DNA from: Succinivibrio sp.
Lineage (GTDB): Bacteria > Pseudomonadota > Gammaproteobacteria > Enterobacterales > Succinivibrionaceae
Length of the DNA stretch: 64,000 nucleotides
Assembly: GCA_024693025.1 (NCBI GenBank)
Contig: JAILLS010000049.1
Span: 16,740-80,739, forward strand
Reading direction: 5' to 3'
Each line of letters opens with the position of its first letter. The stretch's first letter is position 1. The translations under genes were made by a program, and so were the position numbers. The notes below the pieces were generated by a model. It did not search any database and was not told the DNA's origin. It worked only from the letters and a program-made list of their open reading frames with translations. Of the stretch, positions 29,833 through 39,266 are shown piece by piece.

Positions 29833-30234
29833 ATGGCTACAGAGCAAGAGGCCACACCTAAAGTCCGCCTCGACAAATGGCTATGGGCCGCCAGGTTTTA
29901 TAAGACCCGCAGCATTGCCCGCACCATGATTGAGGGCGGCAAAGTCGACTATAACGGCACCAAAGCCAAACCTGCCCACACCGTAGAGATAGGGGCTAAG
30001 ATTAAGCTGCTGCAGGGTAATCTGCGCAAAGAAGTGGTGGTAGTGAAGATTTCTGAAGTGCGCGGTCCTGCCGCGGTTGCGCAGCAGCTCTATGCTGAAA
30101 CTGAGGAGAGCGTCAAATACCGGGAAAAATTCCTTGAACAACAGAAAATTAATGCGCTCTTTGCTCCCCATCCTAAAGATAAGCCCAACAAGAAAGAACG
30201 CCGGGCCTTATTGAATATCAAACAGGGTTTTTAA
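29833..30234 (+). CDS. hslR: Ribosome-associated heat shock protein Hsp15
   Basis: VRLDKWLWAARFYKTRS S4 domain; KPNKKERR. Confidence 0.96.
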   Translation: MATEQEATPKVRLDKWLWAARFYKTRSIARTMIEGGKVDYNGTKAKPAHTVEIGAKIKLLQGNLRKEVVVVKISEVRGPAAVAQQLYAETEESVKYREKFLEQQKINALFAPHPKDKPNKKERRALLNIKQGF

Positions 30235-30235
30235 C

Positions 30236-31102
30236 ATGATTACGCAAGATACCGTTTCGCGCTTTTTATTTGATCAGCATGCTGTACGCGGTGAAATTGT
30301 ACAGCTCCATAAGTCCAGTGAAGCCTTTCTCGCTTCAAGAGACTATCCTGACTGTGAAAAAAAGCTGCTGTTAGAGCTTTCCTGTGCCGCAGTGCTCGTG
30401 TCCTCCTCCCTGAAGGACGGCTCAGAAATCATGCTGCAGATTAAAGGCGGTGCTCAGGGAGCTTTGAAATATGCTCTGGTCAACCTTAAGGCGGATCTGA
30501 CCTATTACGGCAGTGCCGTGCTCAAGGAAGACGCACAGGTATCTGACGAGGCCACTCTGGAACAGCTGGTTGGCACTGACGGGATCATGACCATGTCAGT
30601 CTTCCCCAGCAACGGACCGAAATGGCAGGGTATCGTCCCGCTCAATCCTCAGTCCATCAGTGCGGCACTTGAAGATTATTTCAAGGACTCTCAGCAGCTG
30701 CCGACCCGTTTTTTCATCTGGTCTGATCTTAATACCTATCAGACCGGCGGCATCCTGCTGCAGATTATTCCTGAAGTGGAACATAATCTTGAATCCCTAG
30801 AACATCTCTCGATTCTAGGTTCCACCCTAACTAGTGAGGAGCTGTTTACGCTCTCGCAGGAGGACATCCTCAAACGCCTGTATGCCAAAGAGGATCTCCA
30901 TCTTTACCCTGCCGCTAAAGTTGCCTATCAGTGTATCTGCTCTAAGGAACGCTGTGCCAATGCGCTCAAAGGCCTGAAGACTGCCGAGCTTGAAGAACTG
31001 ATAGCTCAAGGCAATACCGAGATGACCTGCCAGCATTGCGGCAAAGTCTATAGTTTTTCCCAAGCTGAATTAAAAAGCTTACTTTTAAGTATTCAACAAT
31101 AA
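30236..31102 (+). CDS. hslO: Hsp33 redox-regulated chaperone
   Basis: RFLF....VRGE, YF..SQQLPT and the CICS...CQHC zinc centre. Confidence 0.93.
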   Translation: MITQDTVSRFLFDQHAVRGEIVQLHKSSEAFLASRDYPDCEKKLLLELSCAAVLVSSSLKDGSEIMLQIKGGAQGALKYALVNLKADLTYYGSAVLKEDAQVSDEATLEQLVGTDGIMTMSVFPSNGPKWQGIVPLNPQSISAALEDYFKDSQQLPTRFFIWSDLNTYQTGGILLQIIPEVEHNLESLEHLSILGSTLTSEELFTLSQEDILKRLYAKEDLHLYPAAKVAYQCICSKERCANALKGLKTAELEELIAQGNTEMTCQHCGKVYSFSQAELKSLLLSIQQ

Positions 31103-31107
31103 TTCCT

Positions 31108-32328
31108 ATGACTGCTATCACAACTTCTCAACCGACCTTAGGACCACGGGCTAGCTGGTTCAATGTTGCCATGATGGGCACGGGACACTTTATCAGTGAC
31201 TTTTACTGTAATGTGCTCCCGGTGATGCTCCCGATTCTGGCGCTGCGCTTTAATCTCTCCTATTCACAATGCGGTGCCCTGTTTATGGTCTTCTCGGTCT
31301 CCACTAACTTTATTCAGCCGCCGATCGGTATTCTGGCTGACCGCTACCGCATCAATTATTTAATGCCGCTCTCGATTCTGACCGGAGGCATACTCTCCTG
31401 TGCTCTGGGGATCTGTGACAGTATCTATCTGGTGCTGCTTATCGTGCTGTTATCCGGCATTGCCGCCTCCGGCTTCCATCCTATCGCCGGCGGAGTCATG
31501 CCGCATGTCTGCAAAAAAGGCACTGAGGTTTTAAGCACAAGCATCTTTATTGCCGGAGGAAACCTCGGCTTTGCCATTGCTCCGGTAATTGTCGCTTACT
31601 ACATTGAGCAGGCAGGAGAACGGAATCTGTTATATTTAGCCCTGCCGGCAGTGATCTTTACCCTGATGCTGTTCATGCTTAAATTTCATCAGAATCCAAA
31701 GCAGCCTGACAACTTCCACACCCCTAATCTCAGGGAGATCATCTCCAACAGACCGTTCATGGCCTTCATTCTTTCCATCGGTCTGAGATCCTGGTGTTAC
31801 TGTGCGCTCCTCATCTATACGCCTTTACTGCTGACCAGTGAGCATCTCTCTTCGGTGCAGAGTGCCTCAGCCCTGATGGTCATGCTGCTGGGCACTGTGG
31901 TGGGAGGCCTTGCAGTAGGCGCCTTCTCTGCCAAATTCAGATTAAAACCGCTGATCCTGGCCACCTATGTGATCTCCGCTGTAGGGCTGTGCGCCTTCCT
32001 CTACCACCCTCAGCTCAATTTCTTCTCCTACTCAGCTCTGTTTGTGACCGGTGCAGGCATGTATGGCTCTACCCCTGTGGCAATTGTATGGGCAAGACGC
32101 ATGCTTTCGGATCATGCCGCAGCTCTGGCGACCTCCATCATGCTTGGCTTTGCCTTCGGCATAGGTTATATTGCCTCTGTGGCTACCGGTTTTTTAGGAG
32201 ATTTTATCGGTTTACGCTATGGCATTCTTTTTACCGTCCTGCCGGCGCTCATCATCGCCTTTGGGATCTTAATGCTCCTGACCGAACCTAAACCTCAGGT
32301 TACCTCTTTAACCGACAGTTCAAAGTAA
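31108..32328 (+). CDS. MFS transporter (Fsr-like)
   Basis: About 12 TM; HFISDFY, QPPIGILADR, FHP, GGNLGFAIAP. Confidence 0.85.
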   Translation: MTAITTSQPTLGPRASWFNVAMMGTGHFISDFYCNVLPVMLPILALRFNLSYSQCGALFMVFSVSTNFIQPPIGILADRYRINYLMPLSILTGGILSCALGICDSIYLVLLIVLLSGIAASGFHPIAGGVMPHVCKKGTEVLSTSIFIAGGNLGFAIAPVIVAYYIEQAGERNLLYLALPAVIFTLMLFMLKFHQNPKQPDNFHTPNLREIISNRPFMAFILSIGLRSWCYCALLIYTPLLLTSEHLSSVQSASALMVMLLGTVVGGLAVGAFSAKFRLKPLILATYVISAVGLCAFLYHPQLNFFSYSALFVTGAGMYGSTPVAIVWARRMLSDHAAALATSIMLGFAFGIGYIASVATGFLGDFIGLRYGILFTVLPALIIAFGILMLLTEPKPQVTSLTDSSK

Positions 32329-32433
32329 GAATTGTCGCCCAGTCTGTGCTGGGGAAGAGTCCAGCACAGGCTTCAGCCTGATGCGAACCCGCTTCTCTTA
32401 GGCAAACACTTTACACTTATTCAAGGAGAATCT

Positions 32434-33189
32434 ATGTATAACAAGCACATGCTAACGTCACTACTGGGGATCGTCTGTACAGGACTGCTGCTCTCAGGCT
32501 GTGTCAGCCCTGCCGACAAGTCAGGTCCTCAGCTTGCTCAGGAGCAGGTTTTAAAGACTGTCTCTCCAGACTGGATTGCAGACTTAGGCAGAAAGCACCA
32601 GGCCACACAGCTGTTTGTCGTGGCGGCAGTAGGTAAGACCACCGCCTATGTTTCACTGCATGAACTTTCCGCAGACGGACAGTGGAAACAGCTCATCAGT
32701 ACTCCAGGCTTCATCGGTAAACATGGACTGGGCAAGACCCGGGAAGGTGACGGCAAGACTCCGGTAGGAACCTTCCACTTCAACTATGCTTTCGGGATCG
32801 CAGATAATCCTGGCTGTAATGCCTTTACCTACAAAAAAGTTAATGATCAGGACTACTGGTCCGGTGATAGCCAGATTCACTACAATCAGCTGGTCAGCAT
32901 CAGCGATTATCCTAAGCTTAACCTCGCTGACAGTGAACATCTCATCGACTATTTCCACCAATATCAGTATGCTCTGAATGTAAGCTATAACGAGGCAGGT
33001 ACTGCCGGTCTTGGCTCTGCCATCTTCCTGCACTGTCTCGGTGATCAAAAGCCGTATACCGGCGGCTGTATTGCCATTCCGCGCGAGCAGATGAAAACCG
33101 TAATGCAGAACGTGCGCAAGGACTGTGTAGTAGTTATCGATGCGCTCAAAAACCTCAATCCTGAACTGGCCAAACAGTGGGGCATTTAG
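32434..33189 (+). CDS. L,D-transpeptidase (YkuD)-family lipoprotein
   Basis: AAGGAG precedes ATG 32434; lipobox LLSGC; KTREGDGKTPVG; catalytic GSAIFLHC...TGGCIA. Confidence 0.85.
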   Translation: MYNKHMLTSLLGIVCTGLLLSGCVSPADKSGPQLAQEQVLKTVSPDWIADLGRKHQATQLFVVAAVGKTTAYVSLHELSADGQWKQLISTPGFIGKHGLGKTREGDGKTPVGTFHFNYAFGIADNPGCNAFTYKKVNDQDYWSGDSQIHYNQLVSISDYPKLNLADSEHLIDYFHQYQYALNVSYNEAGTAGLGSAIFLHCLGDQKPYTGGCIAIPREQMKTVMQNVRKDCVVVIDALKNLNPELAKQWGI

Positions 33190-33226
33190 CCGTCCGAGGC
33201 TGAAGCTCAAAAGCTATTTCACGCAC

Positions 33227-33262
33227 AACCGCCACTGTAGCACTCACTGGCGGTTTATTTTT
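33227..33262 (+). terminator. Terminator after the L,D-transpeptidase gene
   Basis: AACCGCCA...TGGCGGTT followed by TATTTTT. Confidence 0.6.
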
Positions 33263-33325
33263 GCCAGTCTCTTTTGGCTGAGGATAGCAGCTCAGAAAAA
33301 CCTCGCGTAGAGACCTGCGCTCTTT

Positions 33326-34912
33326 TTAATAGCTCTTTGGCGTCTTATACTTGACTTCATCATCATACTTGATGCCTGCTCCCAGGTTGTATTCAAGCAG
33401 CATGCGCACATAAAGATCCTGCCATTTCTTAAGAGTAGCATTGACATTATCAGATAAAACCGCATTAAAGGCATCTTGATCAAGCTGATGATTCTCTTCT
33501 ACCAGTCTGCGCGAATTATCCTCGCTCTCCTGTAAGGCCTGTTTCACAAGAGGCTGCATGATCTTATAGTAGCCGTGAACCAGCGCGGACACCTGACTTG
33601 AGATCCAGTACAGCTTAGAGGCATCGTACCGCTCGCGGTCCGCAAGCTTTAAGGCCTCAGGTACCGGTGCTACGGTAAGAGGCAGATAAGGATTCTCACC
33701 TGCAGCATTCACAGAGAACCAGGCAAGGTTCTGTGCCAGCCTGCCTCCGGTCTGAGTTATCACTGTATATGAGGATTTGGCAGTAAGGATAGCGCGCTCG
33801 CCTTTCTCAGAGCCGTAATGATAAGGTGAACCGTAAAGGCCGGCTAAAGAGCTTTGTGATTTATCGAAGGCGGTATCCTGATAATAATCACGGTGTAACT
33901 GCATCAGATCTGCTGCAGTTAAAAGCCGATCAGGCTTCACCGACAAAGGATACTGCGTTGAACTCCAGTTCTGCACCTTAGGAGCAAAGCCCTTACTCGG
34001 TGCCACCCGATCAAATGCACGCCAGACCCGTCGCAGCGAATAGTAAGGATGCACATACTCCCTGCCCTGCAGAGATAAGGACCAGTCAATCTGACCTGAT
34101 TTAGTATGGACTGCCCACTTAGCAGCAATCAGCTGCTCCGGCAGTTTGGGATTATAAAGCTGATTTTCATCATCAGGTCTGATGGCGCGGATCCTCAGCT
34201 GATTGGCGGCAATAAAAAAGTGTCCGTCCGGAATTCTCTCTGCAATCCAGAAACCGCCACCCCCTTTTTCACAGGGCTGCATCTCAAATATCCAGCCTTC
34301 ATTCTTATCTGCCACAATCAGACTTTCGGCAGTACCCCACAAACCATAGCTGTCAATCAGCGCACCCATTAACTTAACCGCGTCTCTTGCGTTGGTACAC
34401 CGTTCAAGAGCCACTCTGCCCAGCTCACTTGAATAGAAAATTCCCCCTTCAGGCTTTAAACCAACTTCAGGCAGCCGGGCAGAGAGATCCGTACATTCAG
34501 CCAGCATTAAGCCATGCTCATTCATCACAGGGTAGTCTGCATCCAGATAGGCATAGGTGTGGGAAACCTGTGGAATTGAGCCGATGGCTTTGGTGTGAGG
34601 ACGGCCAGGATAGTTGTAATCATCAGAAAGTTCCGGGGCAACCAGATGCGGAAAGGAATAGCAGTCAAGTTCCGGCAGATCGCCTAAGGCAGCCGCTGAC
34701 GGATAAACCGGACGCTGCTCCTCAGGACCATGCTCCCGCGCAGGCACATAGGAAAGGTTTGGATCAGAGCCAAAACCGTCATTGCTATGTGAAATCATTA
34801 CCGAACCATCTGCAGAAGCCCCCCTGGTGACCAGCATGACGGTACAGGCTGTGCTTTCAAGCGAGACTAAAGAAATAAAAGTCATCAGGAGAGTCACAAG
34901 AGATTTTTTCAT
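33326..34912 (-). CDS. Secreted C69-family (Ntn-hydrolase) dipeptidase
   Basis: Signal peptide ending STA/CT (N-terminal nucleophile Cys), ASADGS.MI.HSND, MNEHGL..AE, LERC..AR.AV..MG.LI..YG. Start at 34912 or 34927. Confidence 0.85.
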   Translation of the reverse strand: MKKSLVTLLMTFISLVSLESTACTVMLVTRGASADGSVMISHSNDGFGSDPNLSYVPAREHGPEEQRPVYPSAAALGDLPELDCYSFPHLVAPELSDDYNYPGRPHTKAIGSIPQVSHTYAYLDADYPVMNEHGLMLAECTDLSARLPEVGLKPEGGIFYSSELGRVALERCTNARDAVKLMGALIDSYGLWGTAESLIVADKNEGWIFEMQPCEKGGGGFWIAERIPDGHFFIAANQLRIRAIRPDDENQLYNPKLPEQLIAAKWAVHTKSGQIDWSLSLQGREYVHPYYSLRRVWRAFDRVAPSKGFAPKVQNWSSTQYPLSVKPDRLLTAADLMQLHRDYYQDTAFDKSQSSLAGLYGSPYHYGSEKGERAILTAKSSYTVITQTGGRLAQNLAWFSVNAAGENPYLPLTVAPVPEALKLADRERYDASKLYWISSQVSALVHGYYKIMQPLVKQALQESEDNSRRLVEENHQLDQDAFNAVLSDNVNATLKKWQDLYVRMLLEYNLGAGIKYDDEVKYKTPKSY

Positions 34913-35196
34913 GGCAGTACCTATCATATTGATCTGTAAAATTAATCATAATGGATTGCAGAGGTCAGGCTTGAGGCAAAACCTGCCGCTCAGCGAGCAT
35001 CGCTCTTTGCTTCAGGAAAGATGCTGATTATATGTATAATAATCAGATAATCAGCAGTTTGCACACCCTGACGCTTAACTTTTAGATCGTGCCAACACAA
35101 TTATTTTTTGCTTTGTATAATAATCTGTAAACAAGCCTGAATTTTTAAACCTGATGCTTTGTCAGGCCACCCTAAACCTTACTCAAGGAAGGACTT

Positions 35197-37443
35197 ATGG
35201 CAGAAAAACAACAGCCTGATGCTGCAGCTGTGGCGCAGCAGAATCCCCCCAACCCTCAGCTTGAAGCGGTTGTCGCATATTTAAACTTTCAGCAGGATGA
35301 GGACTTACAGCGCTGGTTTGCTTCCTTTACAGAGGAGCGCCTCGCACGCAACCTGCAGGCCTTTAAACAATTTGATCCCGATCTTTATGCGCTGCTCTCC
35401 CAGCAGCGGCTCTCAGGCGCGCTGCAGCTGTTCTGCAATGCTGAAGGTGTGGCTAATTTATTGTTTAAGGAGTCGGAGCACTTTCTCTACCCCACTTCCG
35501 ATTCCATCGCCTACTGCAGGCAGCAGGTGGAGCATTTTCTAAGCCACAGCCCAAACTTCAGGATTTCCTCAGGTACCGAATATGATCCTTTCGGCCAGCT
35601 GGCCTTTAAATATTCCAATACCCTCAAAACCAAGGTCGCAGGCTTTGCCTATGCCAATCCGCAGCCCTGCGAGGTGCAGTCTATACCCTTACTCATGTGC
35701 AATGGCATCGGTCTTGGCTATCAGCTTGCCGAAATCCTCTCGCGGGTGGAAGTCTGCAATGTTATACTAGTTGAACCAGATCTCAATCTTTTTTATGCCT
35801 CACTCCTAGTGTTTGACTGGGAGAACTTCCTGAATTTCGTCACTGAAAACGGGCTCGTCTGCCGCTTTGTGCTTGGACAGAAGACCGACTACATCCTGTT
35901 ATATTTAAGACATTTTCTGGGTCATCACGGGATCTTCTGGGCTTTGGGACTGCATATCCTGAACCACTATCAGTCGGAGGCTGTCGCTAAGCTTTTCCAG
36001 CAGGTAACCTCATCCTTAGGCTATCTCTTGCATACCGGCTTTATTGATGATTCTATCTTTGGCATCTGCCATACCTGTACCAATTTAAGCTCTAACCGCA
36101 GCTTTGTGACCCAAGGTAAGCTGCCGCAGCATTATGCCAGGATGCCGGTTTTTGTAGTGGGTTCAGGACCATCTTTAGATCAGGATATAGACTTTATCAG
36201 AAAATTTCAGGACAAGGCCGTGATCATTGCCTGCGGCACCAGTATTGATGCTCTTTATCATGCGGGTATCCAGCCTGACTTTTATGCCAATACCGAAAGA
36301 ACGCCTGAAATTGTACAAACCCTGCAGATTATTCCTGATCAGAGTTTCTTTGACGATATTATTTTACTGTGCACCAATGTCTGTAATCCTTTAACCGTAG
36401 CTTTCTTTAAACACACGGCTATCTTCTCTAAAGATAACGAATCACAGATCAGCCACCTGGCCCATTTTGAGAAAAAGCTCCGCACTATCGCCACCATTAA
36501 CGGCATCAATCCGCTGGTGGGCAATATGGGAGTGTCAGGAGCCCTGCATCTGGGCTTTAAAAAATTATATTTATTCGGCATAGACAATGGTAAGAAGGTC
36601 GGCAGTTCAGTCATGCATTCAGCTTTTACCACGCTCTACCATCAGCATGGTGCCAACGATTCTGTTGGCGCTTACCAGGTAAGCAAAACCCTGCCGGCCA
36701 ATTTTGGCGGTGAGGTTGAAACCAACAATCTCTATGCTGAAAGTGCGCAGAGAATTGGTGAAATCCTGCAGTATTTTAAAGAGCGGGATGCAGAGGTGGC
36801 ATGTTTTAACTGCTCGGACGGCATCCGCATCCAGCACGCTGCTCCTCAGCATGCTCAGGAGCTGATCGCACAGTTTGCAGCGGCAGAGGATCTGCCCAAA
36901 GCCAAGCTGCACGCCTACCTGCAAAAGCATCAGACTCAGGCTTTTTCTATAACCAAAAATCAAATAAAACAAATCTTTAACGAAAAGATCTTCAATGAGA
37001 TCTGTAACAAGATTCAAGAACAGCTGAACGCTGACTTTAACAGTCGCCTTACCGGTCTTGCGGTTATGCATCACGTCTCTGAGTATCTTGCCAAGCTGCA
37101 GCTGTCAGATGATCGCACCATCTATGGACAGTGTCTGGATGGTTCGCTGCAGCTGATGTTCTGTCATGTTCTCGCAGTCCTCTATTCAGATCACGATGAG
37201 CAGAAATGCGTCAGTGAGGCCAAAGATCTGCTAGCCATTATGCAGGACTTCCTAACCGAGTGCCCGGAGCTGTTCAGTAAGATTCCTGATTATGTCATGG
37301 GTGAGCATCGTAAATTCTACAAAGATGGCAAGATAGGCAGAGATATGCCTCACTGTGCAGCCCCTAAGCTGCCGGCTGCGATTAAACTTGCCTGCAGAGA
37401 ATATGAGGATCCTCAAAAGAAATTTGTTAAAAGATACGCCTAG
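35197..37443 (+). CDS. Motility-associated factor (Maf/DUF115) flagellin glycosyltransferase-like protein
   Basis: NL.AF..FDP, GIGLGYQL, LVEPD..LFYASL..FDW, VFVVGSGPSLD, GIQPDF...ER, YLFGID.G, NFGG.V, FNCSDG. AAGGA SD. Confidence 0.85.
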   Translation: MAEKQQPDAAAVAQQNPPNPQLEAVVAYLNFQQDEDLQRWFASFTEERLARNLQAFKQFDPDLYALLSQQRLSGALQLFCNAEGVANLLFKESEHFLYPTSDSIAYCRQQVEHFLSHSPNFRISSGTEYDPFGQLAFKYSNTLKTKVAGFAYANPQPCEVQSIPLLMCNGIGLGYQLAEILSRVEVCNVILVEPDLNLFYASLLVFDWENFLNFVTENGLVCRFVLGQKTDYILLYLRHFLGHHGIFWALGLHILNHYQSEAVAKLFQQVTSSLGYLLHTGFIDDSIFGICHTCTNLSSNRSFVTQGKLPQHYARMPVFVVGSGPSLDQDIDFIRKFQDKAVIIACGTSIDALYHAGIQPDFYANTERTPEIVQTLQIIPDQSFFDDIILLCTNVCNPLTVAFFKHTAIFSKDNESQISHLAHFEKKLRTIATINGINPLVGNMGVSGALHLGFKKLYLFGIDNGKKVGSSVMHSAFTTLYHQHGANDSVGAYQVSKTLPANFGGEVETNNLYAESAQRIGEILQYFKERDAEVACFNCSDGIRIQHAAPQHAQELIAQFAAAEDLPKAKLHAYLQKHQTQAFSITKNQIKQIFNEKIFNEICNKIQEQLNADFNSRLTGLAVMHHVSEYLAKLQLSDDRTIYGQCLDGSLQLMFCHVLAVLYSDHDEQKCVSEAKDLLAIMQDFLTECPELFSKIPDYVMGEHRKFYKDGKIGRDMPHCAAPKLPAAIKLACREYEDPQKKFVKRYA

Positions 37444-37498
37444 TTTATAAACTAGGCATTTTATAACAAGTAATTAAGTATACAGGGCATGTCTTTAA

Positions 37499-37759
37499 TG
37501 TTGGTGATCGTGAAAATGATCCTATTGCGGATAGTTAAAATGATCTTATTTTCATCTTGCAAAACCTTCAAATTTGCAAAAATCAATAATGAACGATTTA
37601 TGACAGCAATACAGTAAATCTATAATAAAAACAAAATAATATATCAACTGCCTTATCAAGCTAAAGCGCTAAACTTTTTGCAAAAATACATTAAGTTGCA
37701 AATTAAAAAATCTGGTCACTATCTTGATTATTGATAGGATCAAAAAATGATAATCAACA
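37499..37759. mobile_element. Putative non-autonomous IS21-like miniature element or IS relic
   Basis: Left end TGTTGGTGATCGTGAAAATGATCCTAT; reverse complement of the right end TGTTGATTATCATTTTTTGATCCTAT. The left end has a tandem 21-bp repeat (37506-37526 and 37530-37550, 18/21 identical). AT-rich interior, no ORF, no target-site duplication seen. Confidence 0.5.
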
Positions 37760-37784
37760 GTTCACTGCCTTAACTAACCAAATA

Positions 37785-37822
37785 AGAAAGGCTGTGCAGA
37801 CTTTGGTGTGCACAGCCTTTCT
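37785..37822. terminator. Terminator hairpin downstream of marR
   Basis: AGAAAGGCTGTGCA...TGCACAGCCTTTCT, a perfect 14-bp stem. Confidence 0.75.
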
Positions 37823-37863
37823 CTTTGCCGTTGTGCTTGTAAAAGCTAAGTCAGGTACGCTAC

Positions 37864-38310
37864 CTAGGCATCCTGCTCAAGAGCTTTAATGGCACGTGAC
37901 AGTAATTCCTGCAGCGTTTGCAGTTCATCATCAGACAAGCTTCCTGCAAATTTCTGATTCATCTCATTTGAGATAGATTTAAAACTGTCAAAAATTGCAT
38001 AGGCCTTCTGACTTGGATGAATGCTCATGGCCCTGGGATCATCCTTATCTGCCACCTTCTCAAGGTAACCTAAGGCCTTAAGCTTATCTACCATCACCGA
38101 TACTGTTGATTTACTGCGATGAGTAAGTTTGGCAATCTCAGTGACCTTGATCCCCGGCTGTACAAAGCAGGCATGCAGAATATCGCCATGACAGGGAAGC
38201 AGATCCGCAATACCCGCCTTGTTCAGTTCATCTTTAATAAAGCTGTTGGCTTTGTCACGCAGTTTCCCGGCTAAGGAAACCACCATATAATCATGGTTTA
38301 TTTCTGCCAT
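37864..38310 (-). CDS. MarR-family transcriptional regulator
   Basis: Winged HTH: EIAKLTHRSKSTVSVMVDKL..LGYL....D.DD.R. Confidence 0.92.
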   Translation of the reverse strand: MAEINHDYMVVSLAGKLRDKANSFIKDELNKAGIADLLPCHGDILHACFVQPGIKVTEIAKLTHRSKSTVSVMVDKLKALGYLEKVADKDDPRAMSIHPSQKAYAIFDSFKSISNEMNQKFAGSLSDDELQTLQELLSRAIKALEQDA

Positions 38311-38678
38311 GGACTTTTCACATCTTGTAAGATATTGGCATCATCAGCGGTGAAGGCGTCAAGACTCTGCTCCTTGCTCTGCACACAGATTACCGACATA
38401 CCGGTTGGACCTGCCTTTAAGCAGCGCTTGCCCTGAGGGGCCACTTTAAAGGCATCTCCAGCACTAAGCTTAACAATCTCTCCATCAATATAAATTTCAC
38501 CATCACCTTTTAAGACCACATAAAACTCTTCATTCTGCTTGTGAGAGTGCACAAAAGGCACCGCAGCATCTGCAGGAAAATTGTTGAAAGATACTTCACA
38601 GCCGGTAAGCTTTAAAGCATTATGAAACTCCGTACGGCCAGCAGTTAAGTCAAAGGATATTTTAGTAAAGTTTGTCAT
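38298..38678 (-). CDS. Cupin-domain protein
   Basis: PFVHSHKQNEEFYVVLKGDG..IDGE cupin motif. Start at ATG 38678 with an AAGGGA SD; overlaps marR by 13 nt. Confidence 0.88.
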   Translation of the reverse strand: MTNFTKISFDLTAGRTEFHNALKLTGCEVSFNNFPADAAVPFVHSHKQNEEFYVVLKGDGEIYIDGEIVKLSAGDAFKVAPQGKRCLKAGPTGMSVICVQSKEQSLDAFTADDANILQDVKSPWQK

Positions 38679-38689
38679 AGTAATTCCCT

Positions 38690-38769
38690 TGTTCGACATC
38701 GAACTATAAAAATTGAAAAAAAGAGAGCACCGCGCTCTCGATGCGTTAAATATAGTTCGATACCGAACA
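38690..38769. promoter_or_regulatory. Two palindromic operators (GTTCG-N4-CGAAC), probably bound by the adjacent MarR
   Basis: 38690-38708 (reverse complement TATAGTTCGATGTCGAACA) and 38751-38769 (TATAGTTCGATACCGAACA) are 17/19 identical and lie just upstream of cupin-marR. Confidence 0.7.
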
Positions 38770-39266
38770 TAAATCAAGTCTTATTTAAAATTTTTTTCTT
38801 TAATCATTATTTTTACCATTAACACTTTATTATTTAAGCTAAAGATTTTAAGCTCCCCACACCGCTGCCACTAGAATCTTTTTAAGATCTGCCTACTTTG
38901 CTGCCTGCAATCTGCGCAGAATGCACCCTCTGCAAAAACAGAGCGAACTTAGCTGACTACTCCCGACTTTTAAGCGCTCTTATGACTAATAAATGTATTA
39001 AAAACTGTTATGCATTGACATTTTGTCTTAAAATAAGGAGAAAAGTGAACAGAGCCTTAGCATAAGGCTACTTTCTTACCTGCTTTAAGTCCTGCGTGCA
39101 GGAATAGAAGCAGAACCTCTGAGAATAGTATAAAATTATCAGACTGCAGAGCTCATCTGCAGCACAAACCACAGACTATGATGCTTTAGCAGACTAGAAT
39201 AGGCATGGACAAGCATCGCAACCTATTCTTAGACAGCAGATGCTTAGATGAACTAGGGGGAGCTAG

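Noticed and set aside
38690-38769. Possible Gram-positive LexA (Cheo) boxes
   Set aside because: The Cheo box is CGAAC-N4-GTTCG; these sites have the opposite arm order and sit before a MarR operon.
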